A stretch of DNA of 64,000 bases from a bacterium (GTDB lineage: Bacteria > Patescibacteriota > Microgenomatia > Levybacterales > UBA12049). Below the pieces are notes generated by a model. It did no database searches. It was not told where the DNA came from and saw only the letters and a list, made by a program, of their open reading frames with translations. The stretch lies in assembly GCA_021777565.1 (NCBI GenBank), contig JAJYDJ010000002.1:69082-133081 (forward strand), in the 5' to 3' direction. Position 1 is the stretch's first letter, and every line of letters begins with the position of its first letter. The position numbers were made by a program, and so were the translations under genes. This document shows, in pieces, positions 39,166 through 49,871 of this stretch.

Positions 39166-41007
39166 TTAAAAATACTCTGGGTAAATATCGTCGTCGTATC
39201 TCTCTGTATTATATTTCATACTGTTCATACGTTGCACACCAGTTTTTGGTAAGTCCAGTAAAAAGCGAGAGATGATGCTGGTAGTTCTTTGGCCAAAAAA
39301 GAGGCGTTTTCGTGCGTAGGTCAAAAAAAGTTTCTTTTTTGCTCGCGTAATCCCTACATACGCAAGGCGTCTTTCTTCCTCAATCTCCTGTTTGTCCATA
39401 AGTGATCTGCTATGGGGGAAAATCCCTTCCTCCATCCCTATCATGAAGACAATTGGGAATTCCAACCCTTTTGCCGCGTGAAGGGTCATAAACGTGACGG
39501 CGTCAGTCTCTACCAGTCCGGGGGCACTTTCTTGCTCAACAAGTGAAACATTTTCAAGAAATTCAGTCAGCAGGGGGAACATACTCGCAACAGAGCGGAG
39601 TTCTTTAATGTTTTCAAGCCTTGCCCTGTCTTCTTCATCGTGTTCGTCATACATATCAAGGTAATTGGTTGCCGCAATCACCTCATCAAGAATATCTAAG
39701 GTCTGTTTCCCTGAAATGCCAGCAATACTTTCACAATAGTCTAAGAATTTTTTTGTTCTTCCCTTTCCAAGCTTCTCAACACGCTTGAAAGAGACACTGT
39801 CTTGTGGATTAGCAATACTGCGTAGTAAGCTCAAAACGTCTTTGACTTCTTTTCTCTCATAAAATCTGGTGCCTCCGACTAATTTATAAGGGATGCCATA
39901 ATGTAAAAAAACTTCTTCAAGAGCGCGTGATTGAGCATTCATGCGATACAACACTGCAATGTCGCTGAGATCACCGGCATGTTCTTTGACGTATTTGGCA
40001 ATAAACAGTGCTTCATCTTGCTCTGTCCCACATTCATGAACAATAACATCTTCTCCTTCGCCATTTTCAGTCCATAGATGAAGAATTGGATGGGATGTGT
40101 TTTTTTCAATGACGTTGGTGGCGGCATTTAAAATTTTTTGGGTTGATCGATAATTTTGAGAAAGTTTATAGACTTTTGCAGTAGGGAAATCTGATTGGAA
40201 TTTTTGCAAATTGGTAAAATCAGCACCACGCCAGGAGTAAATACTCTGAGAGAAATCGCCGACAACGCACAGGTTTTTTCTCTCTCCGGCAAGGAGTCGT
40301 GCAATCATGTATTGGGCTTTATTCGTATCCTGATACTCATCAATGAGGATATAGTGAAAAGTCTCTTGGTATTTTTTTAGAATCTGAGGAAAATTCTCAA
40401 AAAGGTTCACGACAAGCATGAGAAGATCATCGAAATCAACAGCATTTTTCTCTTTAAGAAGCCTTTGATAGGTTCGATATACTAACCCGGCCGTCTCTTG
40501 ATAATGGCCTCTGGCAATCTCAGAGAATTCTTGGGGACCCAGTAGCTCGTTTTTGGCTCCTGAAATAGTAGCCAGCATGCTCCCAGGCTTATATTCTTTA
40601 GTAGAAATATCAAGAAAATGCATGGCTTCTTTAATGACGTCTTCCTGATCTGATGAATCATAGATGCTGAAAGCAGTTTCATATCCAAGGTGATTGGCGT
40701 AGATACGTAATATTCGTGCACATAATGAATGGAATGTCGCTACAAGAGGTTTATCACTGGTAACCTGTTGCTCTCTAAGAAGTGTGTGGATACGTTCCTG
40801 CATCTCCTTGGCAGCCTTATTTGTAAACGTGACCGCCAGGATTTCATTTGCCGATACATGATGATTGGCAATAAGGTATGCGACCCGATGGGTAAGAACT
40901 TTTGTCTTTCCACTGCCTGCTCCCGCCAAAATAATACAAGGGCCATCTGTATGTGTTACTGCTTCTTGTTGATCTTGATTAAGCTGCTTGAGAAGTGAAT
41001 CATTCAT
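39166..41007 (-). CDS. pcrA: UvrD/PcrA ATP-dependent DNA helicase
   Basis: 'AGAGSGKT', 'TFTNKAA', 'DEYQDTN', 'HAAKGLEF', 'EERRLAYVGITRA'. Start at 41007. Confidence 0.95.
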   Translation of the reverse strand: MNDSLLKQLNQDQQEAVTHTDGPCIILAGAGSGKTKVLTHRVAYLIANHHVSANEILAVTFTNKAAKEMQERIHTLLREQQVTSDKPLVATFHSLCARILRIYANHLGYETAFSIYDSSDQEDVIKEAMHFLDISTKEYKPGSMLATISGAKNELLGPQEFSEIARGHYQETAGLVYRTYQRLLKEKNAVDFDDLLMLVVNLFENFPQILKKYQETFHYILIDEYQDTNKAQYMIARLLAGERKNLCVVGDFSQSIYSWRGADFTNLQKFQSDFPTAKVYKLSQNYRSTQKILNAATNVIEKNTSHPILHLWTENGEGEDVIVHECGTEQDEALFIAKYVKEHAGDLSDIAVLYRMNAQSRALEEVFLHYGIPYKLVGGTRFYERKEVKDVLSLLRSIANPQDSVSFKRVEKLGKGRTKKFLDYCESIAGISGKQTLDILDEVIAATNYLDMYDEHDEEDRARLENIKELRSVASMFPLLTEFLENVSLVEQESAPGLVETDAVTFMTLHAAKGLEFPIVFMIGMEEGIFPHSRSLMDKQEIEEERRLAYVGITRAKKKLFLTYARKRLFFGQRTTSIISRFLLDLPKTGVQRMNSMKYNTERYDDDIYPEYF

Positions 41008-41048
41008 AGATATAATGAAAAGACGATAGCCTCGTACCCTATTGTACC

Positions 41049-41702
41049 ATGAAGCCACTTGTTATTATTGCGAATTGGAAATCACATAAAACGTCTGCAG
41101 AGGCACTTTCCTGGTGGCAGGTCTTTTCAGAGAAGCATCAACCAGATACGACGATAATTATTCTTGCCGTGCCTTATACACTCCTCCCTATTCTTGCGCC
41201 TGTTGTTTCCAGTCGACCCGATGTCTTTTTGGCAGCACAAGATATGTCTCCGTTTGATGAAAGTGCTCATACAGGAGAGGTGTCTGGGCAGCAAATTAAA
41301 GAATTTGCAAAATATGTCCTCATTGGCCATTCAGAAGTGAGAAAAGAGACTGGAGAAACAGTAGATATGCGCAGGCAAAAGATCCTGCAGGCTCAAGTCT
41401 CAGGGTTGACCCCTTTTGTTTTCTACGGTGGAACTGACGATACGTTATTGCAGTCGCCATTTCTTGTCTATGAACCGCCTGGTGCGATCAGTCCAAACCC
41501 TCCTGAGACACCAGAGGAGGTTGCCCGTATGACAGAGGCAATGCATCTATCATCACCCGAATCAAGGATACTCTATGGTGGTAATGTCACCCCAGAGAAT
41601 GTAAAATCTTATGTGACGCTGCCCCTTGTTGAAGGGGTTGTTATCGGGCGAGCGAGTCTGGACCCACTTGAGTTTTTGGAACTAATAGCACATGCACAAT
41701 AG
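41049..41702 (+). CDS. tpiA: Triosephosphate isomerase (short form)
   Basis: 'ANWK', 'HTGEVS', 'IGHSE', 'YEP', 'LYGG', 'GRASL'. Confidence 0.9.
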   Translation: MKPLVIIANWKSHKTSAEALSWWQVFSEKHQPDTTIIILAVPYTLLPILAPVVSSRPDVFLAAQDMSPFDESAHTGEVSGQQIKEFAKYVLIGHSEVRKETGETVDMRRQKILQAQVSGLTPFVFYGGTDDTLLQSPFLVYEPPGAISPNPPETPEEVARMTEAMHLSSPESRILYGGNVTPENVKSYVTLPLVEGVVIGRASLDPLEFLELIAHAQ

Positions 41703-42873
41703 ACGCAAAAGACGATGGATTCCACTTGTTGTGACACTCCTTGTTGTAGGGGTTATTGGTTATGCTCTCTTCCAGACTATCAACCACCCGGGGAAAGTTA
41801 TGCAATTGGTGACTGGGAAAAAATCACTGATTGCAGAAGTGAATGGGAGAACAAACGTGCTGCTTCTTGGAATTGGTGGAGGCAATCATGATGGTCCTAA
41901 TTTGACGGACACAATCATGTTGGCATCTCTGGACCGAGCGACAAATGATGTAACACTCGTCTCTATCCCACGTGATCTTTGGACTGTAGATAGTAATGGC
42001 AACGGAGGTAAGATCAACAGAATGTATGCGGTCGGGCAGGAAGTAGATAACCCCAAAGATGGTCTTTTTCTTGCTTCACAAACGGTTACTCAGGTGACAG
42101 GACAACCTATTCAATACGCATTTCGACTCGATTTTGATGGATTCACAAAAGTAATTAATCTCCTTGGTGGCATTGATGTACAGGTGGAGCGAACGCTTGA
42201 TGATTATGCCTACCCAATTGAAGGGAAAGAAGATGATACCTGTGGATATACGCCAGATCAACTCAAGGAATTCGCCGCTCAAATTGCCTCAGGGAGCGCA
42301 GATGATACCGCGATTTTTAGTTGCCGATACATGCATCTGCATGTTGATAAAGGGTTACAACATATGGATGGAGATCTTGCTCTTCGATTTGTCAGATCTC
42401 GACATGCTGCCGGTCCTGAAGGGACAGACTTTGCCAGAAGTCATAGGCAACAGCTTGTTATTGAAGCGGTACGAAATAAAATTTTCTCCATAGGGACTCT
42501 CACGGATATAAATAAGCTAATGGGCTTGTATAACATTGTTCAGAGCAGTATTGATACCAATATCCCACAAAATACGATCCCAGAATGGGTAGATATTCTT
42601 AGGGGTATGCAAAAGACTGCAATCCATACGGCTGTCATTGACTTTGGAGATAGTGACACCGGAAGATATGGATTGTTGGATTTGGCACCAATAGAGGCAC
42701 AATATAACTATGGATCAGTATTAATTCCTCGTCTTGGAGGTACGGATTACTCGGAGATTCATGCCTTTGTTACCTGCGAACTTGCGACTGGGAACTGCCC
42801 AATTGGGCCAACACCATTTGCAAGTCCTGAACCAACGGCAACTCCAAGTGGAACTCTAAAGCAGGCAAAGTAA
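41692..42873 (+). CDS. LytR-CpsA-Psr (LCP) glycopolymer transferase
   Basis: N-terminal TM, 'NVLLLG', 'TDTIML', 'SIPRD', 'FVRSRH', 'DFARSHRQQ'. Confidence 0.93.
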   Translation: MHNRRKRRWIPLVVTLLVVGVIGYALFQTINHPGKVMQLVTGKKSLIAEVNGRTNVLLLGIGGGNHDGPNLTDTIMLASLDRATNDVTLVSIPRDLWTVDSNGNGGKINRMYAVGQEVDNPKDGLFLASQTVTQVTGQPIQYAFRLDFDGFTKVINLLGGIDVQVERTLDDYAYPIEGKEDDTCGYTPDQLKEFAAQIASGSADDTAIFSCRYMHLHVDKGLQHMDGDLALRFVRSRHAAGPEGTDFARSHRQQLVIEAVRNKIFSIGTLTDINKLMGLYNIVQSSIDTNIPQNTIPEWVDILRGMQKTAIHTAVIDFGDSDTGRYGLLDLAPIEAQYNYGSVLIPRLGGTDYSEIHAFVTCELATGNCPIGPTPFASPEPTATPSGTLKQAK

Positions 42874-42893
42874 CTCTCCTGGATCTATTAAAA

Positions 42894-45005
42894 CTACTGT
42901 ATTTGGAAGATCTGTGTATCTTGATTGGAGTAGATGAGTGTTCCCATTTGATAGAATTTGTCTTCATTCAGATTGGTGTATTTCTTTCTTTCCAGCCCGC
43001 CAATATATATGAGGGTGACATTGTATTTTTGCATAAGAGATTTGGCAGTTGCTATATCGGTTGTCTCATAGATCGTCTGGATGTCCTGCATGCGTGGTGG
43101 GAGAGGGTTATAGCTTCCGCGCCATAACCACTCATGTACTGTCCATCCAAGTACGGTGGGCAACCCCGTATTGGCTGAAATGCGTGCATAGTTTGTATAT
43201 GAGTCACCTTGTGCCTCCAGGATAACTGGTTGTCCAGTAATGTTGTGATTTAGCCATATTACTGCTGCATAGTCTTGTGGATAGTCGTTGGCAAGATAGG
43301 TAAGTCCATACAGCCCACTGGGAGGTGTTGAAAAATTATAATATCCAGGAATTGCAAGATATGGATAAATAAGTGCAGGGGTAATAAGAATAAGGGAGGC
43401 TAAAAGAAAAGGAAGGACATAGATTCTCTTGAGTGACTTTGCAATACGAGCTATCGTATATGCGCTTGCCATACCAAAAAGCATGAAGGACTGATAGGTG
43501 AGTTTAAACATCGTGTTTGCACGGTAGTGCTCAGGGTAAATGTCTTTCATATAGAGGAATTCTGGAATGAGGACTAAAATAAAACCAACTGCAAAAAGAC
43601 AAATCACGAAGATATCAATTGGATTTTGTTGTTTTTTCTGTCTCTTCATAAAGAAAAGAAAACTGATAAACAGAATGAAAGGAATTCCCCAAAGAATAAA
43701 GAGCTGATACAGAGGGGACCTCTGGCAGTGGTTTGGCTCAAAAAGAAACGGCCCAAGGTGCCCAATATTTGTGAGGAAGGTAGGTGCACATAAGACGCCA
43801 ATGCCTGAGACAAGCTCACTCGCATTGAAAAATGCAGAAAAAGGGCGGGAGAGGATGAAAAATGTGAGTAAAGGAACACCCAAATGGATTGCCATACTCT
43901 TCCAATCATCTTTAATAAATACCAGAAGTAGGACAATCCAGAATCCAAAATAAATGAGACTATCCCATGCGTTGGTCATGTACATAATAGACAGTAAAAA
44001 GCCTAAAAATACGAGAAAATAAACATGCTGGCGTTGCAATTTTTGATTTATATAGTCTTTGACATAGATAAAGGCAAGGCCAACAAAAAGAAGTACATTT
44101 GGAATATCTAAAACATGCCCATGCAGGTCAGAAACAATAAATGAATAGATAGGGAATTCATGGATAGTATGATAAATAAAGCGTGTTGCATTTGGATACC
44201 AATAGCTATTTGGAAATGTGAATGGACTAAATACTAATTGCCACAGTGGGACTGGGTTCTCATTCGGATAGGCCACGAAAAACGCATAGAGACTGTGTAA
44301 GTTTCCTCCACAGGCGACAAGAAATCCCCCAATGAGTCCGGCAATAGTACTTGCTATCGCAAGCGAACGGGCCATGGTCTTGCCACTGAGAACAAGTCGT
44401 GTGAGATTCGTGACCAGAGAAAATGAGAGAGTAAACGTGAATGAGAAAAGAGTCGCGAGCATGAGGTTATAGGTGATGGCACTATCTAAAAATGATAGTT
44501 TTGTGATTACAGCAGTAGTGAGGTGTCCGAAATAGTAGTAATTGATTGGCAACGGTGCATACCACATGTCTTTAGGGGGAAAGTATGTCGTTCTAAGAAT
44601 GGTATTTAAGAATCCAAAGTCCATATATTTTTCTAGCCCAAAAATGTCTGGCTGGAAGCTCCTTACCTGTGCCCAAACACAAAGAAGTGCAAAAAAGAGG
44701 ATTTCCTCTCCAAGAAAAACGCGGATGTCTTTTGATGTAATACGTTTATCCCAATATAGGAGATTGATTGCAAGAAGAAAGCCCATCACGCCTATAATAG
44801 TGTAATGAGTAAACGGGAGTAGATGAAAAATTCCAAGAATAAAGACAAGAAAACTTGTTGTGGTGAGCGAAAAAACCTTTGCAAAAAGGTACCCTTTGTC
44901 AAAAAAAGAGGCAAAGACACGTGTTGTAATGGGGATGAAAATGATCCCACTGATAAAAAGCCAAAACCACCAGATAATAAGTGATTGAAAGTCAATCTGT
45001 GTCAT
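42894..45005 (-). CDS. DUF2298 / Chlor_Arch_YYY membrane protein (GT-C-like)
   Basis: 'GLEKYMDFGF', 'PPKDMW', 'INYYYFGH', 'IHEFP', 'DLHGH', 'RANTMFK', 'GLPTVLGW'. Confidence 0.85.
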   Translation of the reverse strand: MTQIDFQSLIIWWFWLFISGIIFIPITTRVFASFFDKGYLFAKVFSLTTTSFLVFILGIFHLLPFTHYTIIGVMGFLLAINLLYWDKRITSKDIRVFLGEEILFFALLCVWAQVRSFQPDIFGLEKYMDFGFLNTILRTTYFPPKDMWYAPLPINYYYFGHLTTAVITKLSFLDSAITYNLMLATLFSFTFTLSFSLVTNLTRLVLSGKTMARSLAIASTIAGLIGGFLVACGGNLHSLYAFFVAYPNENPVPLWQLVFSPFTFPNSYWYPNATRFIYHTIHEFPIYSFIVSDLHGHVLDIPNVLLFVGLAFIYVKDYINQKLQRQHVYFLVFLGFLLSIMYMTNAWDSLIYFGFWIVLLLVFIKDDWKSMAIHLGVPLLTFFILSRPFSAFFNASELVSGIGVLCAPTFLTNIGHLGPFLFEPNHCQRSPLYQLFILWGIPFILFISFLFFMKRQKKQQNPIDIFVICLFAVGFILVLIPEFLYMKDIYPEHYRANTMFKLTYQSFMLFGMASAYTIARIAKSLKRIYVLPFLLASLILITPALIYPYLAIPGYYNFSTPPSGLYGLTYLANDYPQDYAAVIWLNHNITGQPVILEAQGDSYTNYARISANTGLPTVLGWTVHEWLWRGSYNPLPPRMQDIQTIYETTDIATAKSLMQKYNVTLIYIGGLERKKYTNLNEDKFYQMGTLIYSNQDTQIFQIQ

Positions 45006-45019
45006 AGTGATAGTATATC

Positions 45020-45565
45020 TTATCTCTTATTTGCTATATCTTGAATATCTGTTGTTGCAAAGAGATTAGGGAGTATTTTTTTATTCTCAGTATGGTTGTA
45101 CCAGAAAAAGAGCGTCTGCGGATTTTTGTGTGCCAGATAGGTTACTAGGGCAAGATCATCATCAATATACCGTTCAATTTTTTTCTTTTTTATCATCATG
45201 TCTTTAAAAAAGTGTGGTTGCTCGTTTTCGAAGTTAAAGAAAAGTTCGGTGAACACATCAGTGAGCCCATACTTTTTTGCAAGGGCATGTGTTTGACGTT
45301 TTAAAAATCCGAACCTGCTTGAGATGAGATAAAGCTCATGCTTATTCTCATTGTGCAGTTTTTGAAGAAAGGACAGGTTTCTTTTAATTGGAAGTCGAAG
45401 GAAAGGAAGGTGTAATAGTTGTCTACCTTTTTGCTCAATCTTACCTGGAATGCGATACCTGAGTGTTGTATGATCTTTCTCTTTATAAAATGTGTCAAAC
45501 ACCCATTCGGGAACTACAGGTGGATAGTGAATAATGACGTTATCCAGGTCAAATCCGAGTCTCAT
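45020..45565 (-). CDS. HAD-superfamily protein (5'-nucleotidase-like)
   Basis: Motif I 'GFDLDNV', 'ISSR', Lys, 'YIDD'. Start at ATG 45565, overlapping the epimerase stop. Confidence 0.7.
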   Translation of the reverse strand: MRLGFDLDNVIIHYPPVVPEWVFDTFYKEKDHTTLRYRIPGKIEQKGRQLLHLPFLRLPIKRNLSFLQKLHNENKHELYLISSRFGFLKRQTHALAKKYGLTDVFTELFFNFENEQPHFFKDMMIKKKKIERYIDDDLALVTYLAHKNPQTLFFWYNHTENKKILPNLFATTDIQDIANKR

Positions 45566-46605
45566 GGTAACAATCTCTCGATCACATCGAGGATTCCGAA
45601 GTTCCATCCAACTCGATGGGTCATACCTTTCCTGTTTTTGATTTCCTCACGATGTTTGGCATACCAGTCGTATGACTCAATGAGCAAGTCTTTATCAGAT
45701 TTTTGTGCTTTCCAGCCAAGTAGCTTTTCGGCTTTTTCTGTTGAAACGTAAGAATCTACCGGTAAGGTTCTGTAGTGCCATTCTGCAATAGGAGAGAGGT
45801 TCAGTTTATCAAAGAGCGCCAATATAATCTGAGATGGCTTAACAGGGAGACCAAGTATTCTTGATTTTGATTTCGCAAATTTGATTGTGGCACCAAGGTC
45901 TTCATTCCATGTCCCAAAGTTCTTTGCACCAATATTAAATGTCTCTCCATGAACTTTTGCTGTCAGTGCTTTAAGGATTGCATCTGCAATGTCTCCAACC
46001 CAGAGAAGCTGGTATTTATTATTCCCATCGCCTAAAATGACCACTGGTTTCCCTGTATAGATGGCGTCAAACCAGATTTGAAACACACCAAGTCTCTCCA
46101 CTCCCAGAAATGTCTTTGGGCGAATGATATTACATTGCAGCCCTTCTTTTTCGTATGCACGACAAAGGTTCTCTCCTGCGATTTTAGATTCACCATAATA
46201 CCCAATTGGATCAAGTGGAGCTTCTTCAGTTTCTGGCCATACTTTTGGTACGCCATAGACGGCAGTAGAAGAGATATAAACAAGGCGCTTTATCTTTTGT
46301 TTTTTTGCTGCAAGCAATACTTTCTCAGTCCCATAAATGTTGGTGCTGAATATTTTTTCTTTGGTTCTTTGAATTGGGAGGGCTGCTGCCGCATGGACAA
46401 CATAATCAATCCCTTTCAGTGCTTTTGTGATGCTTTCTTGATCTCTTACGTCTGCTTGGACGACAGTCACTTTGTCTTTGAGATCTTCTGCGGTGAGAGG
46501 GGCTATATCATACAACGTGACATCATATCCTTGTTTGAGGGCCAGACGAGCAACGTGGCAGCCCAGGAAGCCGGTGCCGCCAGTAATCAGAAGTTTCTTC
46601 ATCAT
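45562..46605 (-). CDS. NAD-dependent epimerase/dehydratase (extended SDR)
   Basis: 'ITGGTGFLG', 'HAAA', 'SSTAVYG', 'YGESK'. Confidence 0.92.
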   Translation of the reverse strand: MMKKLLITGGTGFLGCHVARLALKQGYDVTLYDIAPLTAEDLKDKVTVVQADVRDQESITKALKGIDYVVHAAAALPIQRTKEKIFSTNIYGTEKVLLAAKKQKIKRLVYISSTAVYGVPKVWPETEEAPLDPIGYYGESKIAGENLCRAYEKEGLQCNIIRPKTFLGVERLGVFQIWFDAIYTGKPVVILGDGNNKYQLLWVGDIADAILKALTAKVHGETFNIGAKNFGTWNEDLGATIKFAKSKSRILGLPVKPSQIILALFDKLNLSPIAEWHYRTLPVDSYVSTEKAEKLLGWKAQKSDKDLLIESYDWYAKHREEIKNRKGMTHRVGWNFGILDVIERLLP

Positions 46606-46607
46606 AC

Positions 46608-48161
46608 TTATTGTACTATCTCTCCTATTTCGAATGCAATTGATTTATTGGGGTAGTAAACAGTATGTTCTAGTTTGAAGTGGTATTGTGGATGCTTGCT
46701 CAGATAATCTGGAGTAAGTGCAAAAAGCTGTTTTGTCCCCAGAATCTGTTTGTCCTCGACCTGTCCAATACTGCATTGAGGACACCCTTGTGGCGCATAG
46801 AATTTAAGAAAAATACTAGGTGCATTGAATTCAGGCTGGAGAACAAGGTCATGATACTCATGTTGATGAGCAACAAAATACGTCATGACGTCCCTTGCTC
46901 CATATTGCCAGCCCCAGAAATCTGAAGAGTAGGCGTTATAGTGGGTAACATAGGCCTGTGTGTAGGTGAAAACTGAAAGAATAATAGCTATCCCGGTGAG
47001 AACAATAACTCCGTCTGAAAAGTATTGCCTGACTGCTTGAAGTCGTCTTATGAGGTGCACCATTCCCATTGCTGTGAGAATTTGCAAAGGAATAACCCCA
47101 ATGATCGATCGTGTTGCTTGAGGGGTGTTATCCAAGGTAAACATGCTTCCCAGGGGATACAGGAGCAGCCAAAGCAGAAGAAAGATTCCTGACTTTGTTG
47201 GTTTCCTGATTATTTCGATAACAGCCCAAAGGATAAATGGTAGTTGGATAAAAAATAGTTCTCCAAAGCCTTTTACTGAGTGCCTAGTGATAAATTGCCC
47301 TGGCATATCAATATCACCTTTGAGAAAGAGAAAGTCGGCTGAGAAATGCTGGAAATAACTTGATGCAATATGCTCAAGAGTCGTCCCTGTTGTTGGTGGA
47401 TGGGCAAAGATACTTACTTGATTCCACCTTGCCAGCCCGGAATCGGAGAAGAAATTCTGAAAGAAAGGTAAGAGTATGTACCCAAGGAGAATTGCACCAA
47501 AAATAACATGTTTGTAATGTGTACGCAGAAAGGTTCGATACATAATAAGAAGCCCTATCCCAAGTGCTGGAATAAACAGTCTTGCAGGAAAGTAACTATA
47601 GAAAGCGAGTGCAAAACAGAGAATTGAAGGGAAAAGAAATCGTATGTTTCTTTGTGCGCGCAGGAATAGATAACTTGCGAGTGTGGTGAAAAAGACATAT
47701 GGCATTAATCCTTCAAGTGCTACCCTACTAAAATGGATATCCCAGGGGGAGATAGCCAGTGAAAACATTGCTAGAAACGCTAGCATCTCTTTATTTTTGT
47801 CTGTGTGAAAAAGTTCTCTGGTTAATAAGAAAATGGCAATAAGCCCAAGCGTACCATAGAGGGCAGAAGGGAGCCTGGTGGCAAACTCGTTTAACCCGAA
47901 AACAGCAATGCTTGGGACCGTGCTGTATATTTCAATTGGGCCTTTATATTCACCAAAAGCCCTAAAGAAAACTGGGAAAACAGTACCAAACTCATCCTTC
48001 CCTTGGGTGAGGATGGTGTAGGCATTATATCCGATAGATGCTTCATCACAAAAAAACCCTGCTGGGATCGCGCCGAGTTTATAGAAACGAAGAGAAACTC
48101 CAATCAAGAGAATGCCTAAGAATATGAGGCTTGCTGCAAAGATTTGTATGTGCTTTTTCAT
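46608..48161 (-). CDS. GT-C glycosyltransferase (PMT/ArnT-like)
   Basis: 'LRFYKL...FCDEASIGYNAY', 'GLNEFATRLPSA', 'SPWDIHFSR'; multiple TM. Confidence 0.85.
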   Translation of the reverse strand: MKKHIQIFAASLIFLGILLIGVSLRFYKLGAIPAGFFCDEASIGYNAYTILTQGKDEFGTVFPVFFRAFGEYKGPIEIYSTVPSIAVFGLNEFATRLPSALYGTLGLIAIFLLTRELFHTDKNKEMLAFLAMFSLAISPWDIHFSRVALEGLMPYVFFTTLASYLFLRAQRNIRFLFPSILCFALAFYSYFPARLFIPALGIGLLIMYRTFLRTHYKHVIFGAILLGYILLPFFQNFFSDSGLARWNQVSIFAHPPTTGTTLEHIASSYFQHFSADFLFLKGDIDMPGQFITRHSVKGFGELFFIQLPFILWAVIEIIRKPTKSGIFLLLWLLLYPLGSMFTLDNTPQATRSIIGVIPLQILTAMGMVHLIRRLQAVRQYFSDGVIVLTGIAIILSVFTYTQAYVTHYNAYSSDFWGWQYGARDVMTYFVAHQHEYHDLVLQPEFNAPSIFLKFYAPQGCPQCSIGQVEDKQILGTKQLFALTPDYLSKHPQYHFKLEHTVYYPNKSIAFEIGEIVQ

Positions 48162-48162
48162 A

Positions 48163-49866
48163 TTAGAATCTTTTAAAAATCATTACTTTCGGATGATCGT
48201 ATACGGTAAATGATTCATCCGCACTTTGATCATAGATGGGAATATTGAGAACGGGAATAGTTGGGTATGAGCTGAACTCAGCAACTTCGTGAAACCCTAA
48301 TTCACCTGAGAATAGTTTGTGATAGTACTCGGCGGTTGTTGGATAACAACGATACGCAGGGACATTGTCACATTTCGTAAGCTTTTGTAACGGCACATAA
48401 AGCCTGTTGGAGGCGAGAATGATATAACTACTCTGTGCAACTTGTGCATTAATCTCTGTCCATTTCTGCGTACTTTCAGGATCATATAGTTTTAATGTTT
48501 GGGTTGTGTACATACTGTTATCTCCCAGTGGGAGGCTGTCATCCCAGTGTTCAACCGCAATAGTAGTGCCATGAGGGATATTGGTATAGATCCATTGGGT
48601 GGCAGTTACTCGTGTATGTGGACGGGTGTATATAGCAAAAAAGGTAATGAGCCAGAGAAGCATACTTGAAAGAAATAGTATTGTTGTTGGGATTGAAATA
48701 ATGAATTTTTCTTCGTGTAATATTTTTGCAATATCTGTGAGAATATATCCAATAAGTAGTGCAAAGAATGGGTATAGTGGCGCCATATATCTGATCCACC
48801 CTACCGCAAATTTCCCTACGACAAGAAAATAACTAATGATAAATACGGCAACGATCAGTTCTTGCGCCCAATGAAATTGTTTTTCTTTATGCCAGACTAC
48901 ACGGATGAAGGAGAGTAATCCAAACATCAAAAGAATACCCATGACAGGTCCAAGTCCCCAGAGGAAGATTTGTTTAGCTTCATAGAAGTAGGGAATGATA
49001 TGTACATATTGTAGTGTGTAGGGGAAAATGAAAGGATTATAAGTCATTGCCGATTGCTCCAGTGTTTGTGCCCAGAATGTTTTAAAATCTATAAGCGCGT
49101 AAGGTTCACATACAATAAATGTAATTCCGGTAAAAAAGACCATAAGTAATCCATCGGTAAAAAGGGATTTTATGAACTTTTTAGCATAGGGAGACCAGGT
49201 CTCAATGCGATGGGGTCTTTTTATAAATACAAGAAGAAAATCTGCAGACAAGGTCATACTCATAGCTGCAACGAGTGCAATGGCACTTGTTTTTGTGGCT
49301 AATGCAGCTCCAAAAACAATACCAATAAGTATCGCTCGTAGTGGGGTTGGTCTCTCATACCAGCGCAAAAGTAAGAAAATGGTGGCGGTCATCAGACACG
49401 TGAGTGGAATATCTACTGCATAGAAATGACTTAATTGCACTGGCAACACACTAATACAGTAGGCAAAAGCGCCTAAAAGTCCGAGGGCACTATTTTTCAA
49501 TTTTCTTCCGATGAGAAAAATAAGAAAAATGGTTACCGTATCCGCAAGGGCAGAAAGGTATCTCCCCAGTATCGTAATGCCATCATACCCTTGAAGATAT
49601 GTATTTTGGGTAAGCACACTAATACCCTTTAATGCATAGATGGGCAAGCTCCCATAGGCAAAAAAATGAGGATTGAGAGGAGAGTCAGTTGAAAGAAAGT
49701 CAGCAACAGAGAGTGGTAGCGTGAGTGGCAGCGCATAAAGGACGATTGCCCGTTCATCAGGGTGAAGGTGATAGCCACCATCCCAGTTCACATTGTACGT
49801 GCGTAAGAAAAACCCTAATGAGAGAATACAAAAAAGCAAAAAAGGTACGAGTTTTTTATGTTGCAT
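48163..49866 (-). CDS. GT-C glycosyltransferase (PMT/ArnT-like)
   Basis: 'HLHPDER', 'NPHFFAYGSLP', 'QLSHFYAVD', 'RYMAPLYP', 'DESFTVYDHP'. Confidence 0.85.
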   Translation of the reverse strand: MQHKKLVPFLLFCILSLGFFLRTYNVNWDGGYHLHPDERAIVLYALPLTLPLSVADFLSTDSPLNPHFFAYGSLPIYALKGISVLTQNTYLQGYDGITILGRYLSALADTVTIFLIFLIGRKLKNSALGLLGAFAYCISVLPVQLSHFYAVDIPLTCLMTATIFLLLRWYERPTPLRAILIGIVFGAALATKTSAIALVAAMSMTLSADFLLVFIKRPHRIETWSPYAKKFIKSLFTDGLLMVFFTGITFIVCEPYALIDFKTFWAQTLEQSAMTYNPFIFPYTLQYVHIIPYFYEAKQIFLWGLGPVMGILLMFGLLSFIRVVWHKEKQFHWAQELIVAVFIISYFLVVGKFAVGWIRYMAPLYPFFALLIGYILTDIAKILHEEKFIISIPTTILFLSSMLLWLITFFAIYTRPHTRVTATQWIYTNIPHGTTIAVEHWDDSLPLGDNSMYTTQTLKLYDPESTQKWTEINAQVAQSSYIILASNRLYVPLQKLTKCDNVPAYRCYPTTAEYYHKLFSGELGFHEVAEFSSYPTIPVLNIPIYDQSADESFTVYDHPKVMIFKRF

Positions 49867-49871
49867 ACAAA

